A DNA stretch of 64,000 nucleotides from Heteronotia binoei (Eukaryota), in the NCBI RefSeq assembly GCF_032191835.1, contig NC_083229.1, forward strand, positions 39,308,001-39,372,000. The letters run 5' to 3'. A program made the position numbers and the translations under genes. This document shows positions 25,401 to 34,220 of this stretch, one piece after another (the first letter of the stretch is position 1; the number at the start of each line of letters is the position of its first letter). The notes beneath the pieces are model-generated. The model was not told the DNA's origin. It saw only the letters and a list, made by a program, of their open reading frames with translations, and did not search any database.

Positions 25401-28400
25401 TAGTCAACTTCAATTTTTTTTGTCCACCCAACAGGGGCTTCTAATTGCTGTCACATGGATTCTATTTCTCTAAAGCTACTTGTGGGGAGCCTGCCTGCGG
25501 GTAAGGCAAGATAAAAATCAAATCAAACAAACAAAGAGAGCCATGTGTGGTTTGAAGGCCAGGCCATTTGTACATCCCTTCTTGCCAAGGTACAACATTT
25601 ATAAACATTCACAGCACCTGAAGCAGGCAGTGGTTTGCCATGGCTCGATAGCAGGCCCGATAGCATTTGGTTGTGGGCTTGTCTCCTAAGCAGTAGCCCC
25701 ATTTCTTCACCATGTGAAATCGTTTTGCATGCCAGATGTGTGTTTCCAGCCAGATGTTCTTCTTCTGTCTGCGATTGAACTCGGCCACCAGGTTTATATG
25801 ACGTCGCCTGGCTTTACGACATTTGCTCTTTGGGAGTTCTTTTTTCTGATGTTCAGGTTTCTCCGCCTGCATAGTTGGGACATGGAGTAACTTTTTAATG
25901 CTGTTACAAGGACAGGAAACCAGGTTTAGCTCCTCTAATACAGCATAATCAAAGATCACATTGAGATACAGGGATCTCCCTGAAAATTTTCAGTTCTGGG
26001 GACAAAGTCGTCTGTAAACAGCCTATACTCCGAAGCAGAGCAAGGTGTTTCTTTACAGTGACAGACAAGGCAACACAACTCAAAGATAAGCAAAAGTATT
26101 TATTGAGCTAGCAGGCAGTTTCAGAATAGAATGGTGAAAATAAAAAAACAACATTATAAAATATAACTAATACACTTACATCACATCATAATCACCAGCC
26201 GGTAAACAGGACGGCTCTTTGCCAAGAAAACAGTAGTAAAAAAGCGGTTTTGGGAAACAGTATAAATCCCCCTAAGCTGGCTAATGACAAACCAAAAATG
26301 GACATCCCAGAAGAAACAATCAACCAACTGACTTTCCTAGTGCAGCTGAGAGTGGCCATTAATTAGGAGGAGATTAGAACAACTCCTTCCAAGGTCACAC
26401 ATAACCAAAACACTGCTGAAAGAATAATAGTTAGCAAGCAGCCCAGAAATCAAAACCACCATGTGTATGTGTGTATGTATGTGTATATATATATATATAT
26501 ATATAAAAATTAGATTTTTAAAATCCACAATACCCTTAAAGCAAACTGGGAAAACCCTGTCGTAGTTAGCTGCTCATGAGGTGCTAATGCCCAGATTTGT
26601 AACAATTCCTTCTGTATAACTTGTTTGCCAGATCACTGCTCAACCTGCCCTAACACAGATTTGGAAGTGAGCTGATAATGTTTTTTGTACTTTCCTTTAA
26701 GGTCAAGATCAAACATATTTCACAGATAAAGGTAGGCTTAAGATGTCTGATATAACATCTAGGGGTGTGCATTTGGATCTACCCAAACCAAAAACATACC
26801 CCAAAAATACTTATCATATTATTAGCTTATTTTGGTATCCCAAAGATATCCGGGTTCTTTTGGGAAAACAACAGCAACAAAAAATTCCTGAAAAAAATCC
26901 TGGGTATATTTGGGGTAGAACTGAAAAACAGCTGAGATGAGGAGCACATTGTTTTTGCCTCCCAGCTGTTTGTTGAGCTTTTTGCAGTCCCTGGAGAACA
27001 GTTTGGTGTAGTGGTTAAGTGTGTGGACTCTTATCTGGGAGAACCGGATTTGAATCCTCACTCCTCTACCTGCGCCTGCTGGAATGGCCTTGGGTTAGTC
27101 ATAGCTATCGCAGGAGTTGTCCTTTGCTGCTACTTTAAAAAAACTCCCCCCCTTCTTTGGTCTATTGCACATGAACTGAAAAATACCAGTTAAAAAAAGT
27201 TGCACACCCCTAATAACATCCACTTCAGAATTAAGCTGATCTAGGCATCACAAAATACCTCTATAGAGGCTGCCTAGAGATCCCATGTTAACTAAGAAGT
27301 TCCCTGGCCTCCTCTGGAAGTGCTAGACTCCGTATCTGAAAACAATTTCCCACTTTTTCCCTACAAACTTATGTTGCATTGTACCTCATGTTTCTAGTGC
27401 CTCCAAATAACCTCAGCCAACAACCCAATTCTGATCTACCTCTCAGTCCGTAAGCAGCAAACCATCAACTAGCTCCTTCACTATCACTCTAAAAGGTAAA
27501 GGTAGTCCCCTGTGCAAGTACCAGTCATTTTCGACTCTGGGGTGATGTTGCTTTCACAACGCTTCATGGCAGACTTTTTAATGGGGTGGTTTGCCATTCA
27601 CTCTACATGACTGTATTATTTAAGAGGAAAGGAAAAACACACACACCAGCAGGTTAACAAGAAAGCAGTTCCACAGATATGGATCTTCTAATGAAAAAGC
27701 CTTCATAATTTACCTGTCAATTGTTCAGCTGATATTAACAGCCATGAAAGTATACAGCACAAAAGCAACCTGCCAAGTAGATATAGGCTGTATAGAACTG
27801 CACTTCTTTAGCTACTGGAAGCCAATGCAGTTCAAAGAGCATATGGAAGGAGGGTGGGGATCCAGCCCAAATATCTAGAGGAGAAGAGCAATCATAAGTC
27901 ACCACCTTCCAGAATAAGGGAAAAAGTCCCACGGTGGGCCTGCCACATCCTGTGATGTGACCAGGGGTGGTATTCTAGATTAGGCCACATACCCCTGATG
28001 TAGCCAGTCCTCCAAGAGCTTACAAGGCTCTTTTTTGTAAGCTCTTGGAGGACTGGCTACATCAGGGGTTTGTGGCTTAATATGCAAAGGAGCTCCTGCT
28101 AGAATTCCACCCTGGACGTGACCATATGGTCATCTGCAATTTCAGTCCTGCATATGCTTTCTACAAATTAATTCAGAAATGATAAACAGAGTATACAGAA
28201 GCATCCTCTCCCCCATAACCCACAAGACCAAAAAAGCACCTCTGCTCTGGCAAGTTCACGGAGCCGCCTGGGCAGGCGCTTGACATTGTGGCTCATTGCC
28301 CGCCTTCTCATGTGTCTTGGCAGAGACTGAAACACTAAAGTATTGGAAGACTTCTGCGTAACCGCCTTCAGCATGGCCTTTATTTCAGCCGCACGAGCTC

Positions 28401-31400
28401 GAACAAAAGGAGAAACTGAAATTAAGAGCATAAACTTCAGAACAATCAAGATGACATATTCATTCAATTCATTTATTGCCCACTTTTCTCACTGAGATTC
28501 AGGGTGTATTACAGAATTAGAAAACAATGTAACAGAGAACAGTATAATATTAATAAAGAATACAATATTATAAATATCTGCTTAAAATTGTCACTGACTA
28601 CAATCCTACATGATGGAATTCTCATCTGAAGAACATTACTTCATAAAAAAGTACATTCAACCAAATTCAAATATCTTACATTAAGTGGTAAAGACTTCGT
28701 TTGCAGTTTTTAATAGTTCTATTTTTGCTACCTGCCTTGGGTTCCACTTGCTGACAGAAGACATCACAATACAAACTGCAATGCTTAGCCTAAATTTTTA
28801 TTCTCCACTGTGAAAATAAAGTCTATCACAGCACATGAAGAAGATTAAGGTATGAATATAAGCAGTCATGACAATTCTAACGAGTTATGGTGTCTTTTTC
28901 ATTCTTCTCCTGCTTTTTTTTTGCCTACCAGGTAAGTACAGGCTTGTTAACAGCCCCCTGCATTATTGCCTAAGGCAAGAAGAAAACTGTTGCCAGAAAA
29001 CCAGGCAGGGAAGCATTACAGGAACTCCTTTCTTTTAACAGGCCTGAGATCAGCTGCACAGCTTGTTTAGGCAGGCTAATACAAGTTGTCTGTATCCTGG
29101 CATATCAGGTGGGACTCATTTTATCAGAACCAGCCTAACAGTTATTTACATGCATGGTATATTTTCACCCTGCCCTTCTCTAAGGAGCACAGGGCTCCCC
29201 AGACAAGGATCTCTCCAGTCCTCCATTTTATCTTCACAACAACCTGGGGAAGCAGGTTAGGCTGAGAGAAAAAGTGACTGGCCCAAGGCCACCCAGTGAG
29301 TTTCATGGTAAGGAGGATCTGGGTCTCCTAACCCCTTCTCTACCCACTACAACAGACTAACTCATTTTCTCTCAGTAGTCACAATTTTGTCATAAATTCT
29401 AGGCAATCTCTGGCTAAGGAAAACAAAGCAATGAATTCCAGCCTTGCTTTCTGCCTGTAGGAACACACTCTGGAGGGAGGATTTCCACTGACTGCCCCCC
29501 CCCCCCCGTCTTCCTCATTTAACACTCCATGCTGTTCCTGGGGGGCCCTGAACTCAGAAGAAGAGACGATGAGATACAGCTGAAGAAGGCTGAAAAGCTC
29601 ATTTCAGCAAACTGAGGTTTGGATCCAACTCAACATATATTAGTCTATGACCAGCAGAGGAACATAAAACTCCACTGATCTGTTAAATGTTTCTATCACA
29701 ATTAATTATATTCTCTTTAAATCCCTCAGCATGAGGACCAGTTTATATTTTTAACCTGCTATAGATCAAGATATACAGAGACTTTACACATCACCAGTTT
29801 TCCAAAACTGCATTATTACATAGGAAACATCATAGTGTATTCGCCCCTATAACAGGGTTTATAGCTTAACATTTAAGTACATGGGTCTTAAAGCAAGGAT
29901 GAATATTCCTTCATGGATATTTACCTGTTAAATATTTAGGCACTCCATGGGATGTGCTTTGATGAGAGAATCCTCGTGAGGTTTCAGAACATAATTCTAT
30001 AAAGTCAAAAGAATTTTTTAATTAGAAATGAAACTAAAATGGTGTTCTGAGATAGCAAGCTATGTGCATACCACAAAATATATTAGTAATCCAAATGATG
30101 ACAGATTCACTTGCCATTGATTAGGTACATAAGAAGTTCAAACCCAATTGGATCTGAACAGCATTTAAACCACAATGCATTTACACAGCACTGTTATGAA
30201 GACACTACAGAAGAGATTCATATGGCATTGCATTTACAAACTTACTACAGTCAACCAACCAAGCAACAAACAAACCTAATGTTAAACCACAGTCCATATT
30301 TAAATCCAAGGGATATAATCCAATAAATATTTACCTGGTTTAATAACTCAATGACCCTCGGCTGTCTGACCCAAGCTAGCCCATCTCGGAAGCTAAATGA
30401 GATCAGCCATGGGTAGCATTAGGATGGGATTGTACCAAGGAAGTCCAGGGTTGTTATGCAGAGGCAGGCAATGGGAAATCGCCTCTTGCCTTGAAAACCC
30501 TATAAGGGCTGCCATAAGTCTGCTGTGACTTGATGGCACTTTCCAGCAATAACTCAGTGACATTCACTCCAAGTACTGCTACTGACATCTATGCAAAACC
30601 CTGGAAACTGCTGCAACAATAAGCCCCACTTGAATAGACCTAAGTAGGATTCTAAGTAGACTTGCTCAAAATCACTCTCAAAATCTAACACACTGCCATA
30701 CAGATCAAAAGTGTTGTCAGTGTGTTAGCAGCAGAAACCTCAAACCTATGAGAATCCATAATCAGTACCAATTTCTGCTCACTATTTACTATTAATGTAA
30801 GCTGCTCAATGAAAAATAAGAACGTGCGACTGAACAACAAGCTGCTCAAAGCACATTTGTTCAGTTTTTGTTGTTCAGTAGCACAGTCAAGTCCATCTCA
30901 TGGACCAAGTCATGCCAGGCCCTCCTGTCTTCCACAATCCTCCAAAATTCGCTCAAATTCATGTTAGTTACATCAATAACGCTGTCCAGCCATCTCATCT
31001 TTTGCCATCCCCTTCTTTTGCCTTCTGTCTTTTCCAGCATCAAGATCTTCTCCAGTGAGTGCTCCCTTCTCATTGGGTGGTCAAAGTATTTGAGCTTCAG
31101 CTTCCGGCCTTCCAGGGAACAGTCAGGGTTGATTTCCCTTAGGACTGACCAATTTGATTTTCTTCTAGTCCAAGGGACTTGCAAGAGTTCTTCTCCAGCA
31201 ACACAATTTGAAAGCCTCTATTCTTCTGCACTCACAAGGACCAAAACGTGATGGTTGTTTTAATTTACCCTACAGATCCCTGCTTTTTGTTGCATCATCA
31301 CACAACTGTGGCATGAGGCTGTGCAGTTGACACAAAGAAAAAATTATGCTTCCTTGTTCTTTCTGGTCCATGTAGGGCATGCTCAGAAGCAGCAGCTCAA

Positions 31401-31805
31401 TGGTGGAGAGGCCTGCAGAGCAACCTCCCATTTCTCCAAGCCCCAATGCCAAAGCCTTGCCTCTGAGTTCTGCATCTGCCAAGCAGCACCCCATAAGAGA
31501 CAGAGACCTAGTTCTGGTCTACTACATATAGGACTTCATAGCTCAGTCACTTTACCAGTCACCCTAATGATTAAATGTGGCATTATTGTTTTATAAAAAA
31601 CTAAAACAGAAAAACTCCAAAGCTACATGAACATTACAACCAGTAAATTATAATGATGACCTTGTTTCTTGCGTTGGTGAGCTCCTTCACCTCCATTCTG
31701 ACGCCATATTTCACGGGGACTAGGGCCACCATCAGATGGAAAGATCACACTGGCAGGCTGATTTTTCATTTTCTTGGCCCTCTTCTTTTCTTTTGCTTTT
31801 GACAT
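9831..31805 (-). CDS. POP1: POP1 (RNase P/MRP subunit), full spliced CDS: 15 coding exons, 2943 nt, 980 aa
   Basis: Exon lengths 145+72+176+249+88+188+248+94+112+117+116+192+155+342+649 = 2943 nt with consistent phases and GT-AG junctions. Contains hallmark motifs [51 protein letters not shown] and C-terminal [21 protein letters not shown]. Confidence 0.97.
12156..12497 (-). CDS. POP1: POP1 exon 15 (342 nt)
   Basis: ttttgtcatag| [25 protein letters not shown]...CAFCVL |gtaagt. Confidence 0.95.
12600..12800 (-). mobile_element. 5S rRNA-derived SINE
   Basis: Reverse complement of the same family (gcttagcttccaggatctgac; gatttatggcgac...gtttttcaag). Confidence 0.65.
13099..13253 (-). CDS. POP1: POP1 exon 14 (155 nt)
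   Basis: ccttgtag| [13 protein letters not shown]...NDYPDCPAS...LLEKFK |gtaaat. Confidence 0.96.
14455..14950 (-). mobile_element. Possible solo LTR in POP1 intron 13
   Basis: CCAAT 14811-14815, TATATAAA 14777-14770 and AATAAA 14482-14477 in LTR order on the minus strand; ends not resolved. Confidence 0.35.
15136..15327 (-). CDS. POP1: POP1 exon 13 (192 nt)
   Basis: tctcag| [14 protein letters not shown]...[22 protein letters not shown] |gtaagt. Confidence 0.97.
15364..15589. other. Assembly gap (226 N) in POP1 intron 12
   Basis: Run of N. Confidence 1.
15987..16102 (-). CDS. POP1: POP1 exon 12 (116 nt)
   Basis: ttttcttag| [39 protein letters not shown] |gtaact. Confidence 0.95.
18135..18729. 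mobile_element. hAT-type non-autonomous element
   Basis: TIRs caagggtttcaaac / gtttgacacccctg; perfect 8-bp TSD atctaaag. Confidence 0.9.
20000..20116 (-). CDS. POP1: POP1 exon 11 (117 nt)
   Basis: tttttaag| [39 protein letters not shown] |gtaaag. Confidence 0.95.
21007..21118 (-). CDS. POP1: POP1 exon 10 (112 nt)
   Basis: tctttctag| [37 protein letters not shown] |gtaaat. Confidence 0.95.
21181..21482 (-). mobile_element. Sauria-type (Squam1) SINE, full length
   Basis: tRNA-derived head (gtggcgcagagtggtaaag...cctgagttcgatccc) and Bov-B-like tail 'cacaggggactacctttacc'. Confidence 0.9.
22093..22368 (-). mobile_element. Squam3-like tRNA SINE
   Basis: Reverse complement of the same family. 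Confidence 0.8.
22956..23049 (-). CDS. POP1: POP1 exon 9 (94 nt)
   Basis: tttcttccag| [32 protein letters not shown] |gtaaga; preceded by a 116-nt intron. Confidence 0.96.
23166..23413 (-). CDS. POP1: POP1 exon 8 (248 nt)
   Basis: cacttag| [10 protein letters not shown]...[26 protein letters not shown] |gtattt. Confidence 0.95.
24134..24321 (-). CDS. POP1: POP1 exon 7 (188 nt)
   Basis: tttccttag| [16 protein letters not shown]...[13 protein letters not shown] |gtacaa. Confidence 0.96.
24423..24510 (-). CDS. POP1: POP1 exon 6 (88 nt)
   Basis: tttctttcag| [29 protein letters not shown] |gtaat. Confidence 0.96.
25618..25866 (-). CDS. POP1: POP1 exon 5 (249 nt)
   Basis: gcag| [10 protein letters not shown]...[20 protein letters not shown]...NHCLLQ |gtgctg. 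Confidence 0.97.
26462..26503. repeat. (GT/AT)n-(TA)n microsatellite
   Basis: tgtgtatgtgtgtatgtatgtgtatatatatatatatatata. Confidence 0.9.
27492..27605 (-). mobile_element. Sauria-type SINE, 5'-truncated
   Basis: Tail 'aaaggtaaaggtagtcccctgtgcaag' in antisense. Confidence 0.85.
27640..27900 (-). mobile_element. L2 LINE fragment
   Basis: [13 protein letters not shown] resembles the L2 LHWLP motif. Confidence 0.55.
27962..28114. mobile_element. Palindromic hAT-type MITE
   Basis: Palindrome; TSD gatgtgac/gacgtgac. Confidence 0.85.
28240..28415 (-). CDS. POP1: POP1 exon 4 (176 nt)
   Basis: ttcag| [16 protein letters not shown]...RLRELARAE |gtgctt. Confidence 0.96.
29925..29996 (-). CDS. POP1: POP1 exon 3 (72 nt)
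   Basis: ttttgactttatag| (E)[23 protein letters not shown] |gtaaat; the end matches human ...TSQEIPKYIT; phase 1-1. Confidence 0.88.
30350..30545 (+). mobile_element. 5S rRNA-derived SINE
   Basis: 5S-like head 'catctcggaagctaa..gatcagcc..ggtagcattaggatggga' plus body 'gcagaggcaggcaatggg...cttgaaaaccct...gtgacttgatggcact'. Confidence 0.7.
30861..31200 (-). mobile_element. RTE/Bov-B LINE 3' fragment
   Basis: Translation VPWT.R.SN.SVL.EINP.CSLEG..LKLKYF.H.MRRE.SLEK..ML...RW LDSV..EDRRAW is typical of the Bov-B ORF C-terminus. Confidence 0.9.
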
Positions 31806-32147
31806 TTCTGCAATAAAATGAAAAGTTTATTCTCAGGCAACCAACAGCCACTGGCTCCAACAGACTTATTGTTATTTAGTAGGATGTTGTAAGGAAGTTA
31901 TGCCTTCAAAGGTTTAAATAACTACTACATTTGGAACCCATTCCAGGAACATCCAAGGAGCTGAGGGCAGCCTACACGGCTACCCCTTCCTCATTTTATT
32001 CCCTCCCCTGACCATCTTCATAAAATGTCTGGCTGACAGCAATTGGCTCAGAACAGCCTCATGCCACAGTTGTGTGATGATGCAACAAAAAGCAGGGATC
32101 TGTAGGGTAAATTAAAACAATGTCTGGCTGACAGCAATTGGCTCAGA
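31255..32147. repeat. Perfect 68-bp inverted repeat pair (31255-31322 / 32053-32120) plus 29-bp direct repeat (32024-32052 / 32119-32147)
   Basis: Base-by-base comparison: 68/68 reverse-complement identity. Confidence 0.95.
31661..31805 (-). CDS. POP1: POP1 first coding exon (exon 2; exon starts at 31807, cag|aaATG)
   Basis: [17 protein letters not shown]...KKQ matches the vertebrate POP1 N-terminus. Phase-1 donor G|GTCATC is weak. Confidence 0.9.
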
Positions 32148-32944
32148 GCCTTACAACTAACTGGGAATTGGAGTTGGGGTGGGGGGAACTCTGACAAAAA
32201 TTAATAAGATGTATACAAAAAGGACAATTTACCATCATATTATAACTCCACAACCATTGCACTTTTTAATTAATATAGCCAGTGCTTTTTTTCTTGGAAA
32301 AGTGGTGTCGGAACTCTCAAGAGGGAAATGGAGAAACACAAGGGTGCCTCTCACGAACTTGTAAACATTTTTTGAGAATGTTCTTTCCACAGAGGTTCCA
32401 GAATGCTGTTCTTTCCACAAAGAGGTTCCAGAACGCTGTTTCCCCCAGGAAAAAAGCCCCTAAATATAGTACTTGGCAACTTTCCCCTGCATTTTTTCGC
32501 TGCAGAATCTCAAATACACTCACACTGCAGAGAGTGAGTCAGCACCTACTTCCTACCTTGGCTGCAGCTCATCTCCCCTGCAGCATCAGCAGATACGGTT
32601 CAAAGCCTCAGCTGCCTCTCAGGGGCTCAAGAATTAGCCCATTACAACTCAAAAGCAGGGAAACAAACAAAGGCAAAATTTTGGATTTCCCCAAGTCATT
32701 TAGCCAGTAGCATCTCTCACTCTGTATATCTACATGCCCATACACACATGCAACTTTCCTTTTATTAAATATTTTTAAATAAGACAAGAAACGTCTCCAT
32801 TAATGTCTGATTTAACATATGGATCTTGTGAGATTTGCTAATGTACGTTCCAATTTCTCCCACCACAAAAATTTAAACAGCAGTAAGCGTCTTCTAGTTA
32901 CAGAATTAAAAGCCACAGGACATCAACACTAGACATTAAGGAAA

Positions 32945-33113
32945 AGGAAAGGTCCCCTGTGCAAGCACCAGTCGTTTCCGACTCTGGGGTGACGTTGCTT
33001 TCACCTGAAAGCACCTGAAAACCCAGCTTCCACACCCGGGGATCGAACTCAGGTCGCGAGCAGCGCTTAGGACTGCAGTACTGCAGCTTTAACATTATGC
33101 GCCACGGGGCTCT
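32945..33113 (-). mobile_element. Sauria-type SINE with internal deletion
   Basis: Head and tail present, central body missing. Confidence 0.85.
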
Positions 33114-33687
33114 TAAACTGGACATTAAACCTTCGAGGAAGCATTTTCGCTAAACATTCAAGGGCACGTGATACTCTGTGCAAATCAAACGAGGGGGGCA
33201 CTCTATATGCTTGCAGAGTTACTCTTATTGCAATGAACACCCCCCCCCCCTTCATCACAAAACTCAGGACTATTCACAAAGGGCTCTCTCTGACAAGAGT
33301 GAGATTGCTTGGCTTCGGAAAGTTGCAGCGTCATGTGTTTCACCTGGCCCACTTCGACACACAAATCACGCAGAAGTCTGAGACATTTAGATGAGGGTGG
33401 CGGCAGCAAATACAGAATCTCTTCCTACAGTCAATCAAAAGCCTCGTGAGGGCCCAGCCTGCTTGTTGCTTGGGTCTGCCAGTTTGGGGAGGGGCAGGAT
33501 CTCAACAGGGGTCATCATAACACCATAGAGGCCACCCTCCAAAGCAGCCATTTTTGCCAGGGCAACTGAACCCCATACTCTGTGGATCAGATGTAAATAC
33601 CGATCTATCCAGCAATCCATCCATCCCACTATACCCCACTCTAGCCTTAGTTTAAGCAAAGCTTTGTGCAGCGGCACCCGAGCCTAC

Positions 33688-33830
33688 CCGCAGCCTCCTG
33701 AGCGCAAAGCTCCCGACCCTACCAAGTCAAGCCTCAGGCACACACCAGCTCCGCGCCTTCCCTCCGCAAGGCTCCTTCCACAAACCAACCACGTTGCAGT
33801 CACTTCCGGCAAGAGCTGCTACGCATGCGC
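33688..33830 (-). other. POP1: Predicted non-coding first exon of POP1 (boundaries uncertain)
   Basis: Exon 2 has an acceptor 2 nt before the ATG, so an upstream exon is needed. Candidate donors are CGG|GTAGGC at 33688 and TTG|GTAGGG at 33723, inside the CpG island. Confidence 0.4.
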
Positions 33831-34155
33831 ACTCTTTCCCCATGGCGTCGGGCGCCTCTGGTCCCTTGCAGAGAGCCACCCCAAACTACATGTCCCATAA
33901 TCCTTAGCCAGAAGGGACGGTTGCAGGGAAGGGGGAAGAGACCTTCGAAAAAAGGAGCGGGGAAGCGACGGCCGGGTTCTTCGTCTGAATGGCGCTGGGG
34001 CGGGGCGTGATTGGCCGGGGAGAGGCGGGGCTGGAGCAATGCCGGGGGAGCTGCTGCGAGTGTTCCTTCGCACGGGGTGCAAAGTTCAGAGAAGCACAAA
34101 AGCGGCTCAGTCTCCGCTGCACCCGCAACGAAGAGGAGCTGGTGTTGCTGTGGGG

Positions 34156-34220
34156 ATGGCCACGTTAGTCAAGAAGATCATCCATACTGCTAAGGCTCCG
34201 GCGGCTGTGGGGCCCTATAG
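34156..34220 (+). CDS. RIDA: RIDA exon 1 coding part
   Basis: [21 protein letters not shown](S) |gtatta. Confidence 0.95.
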
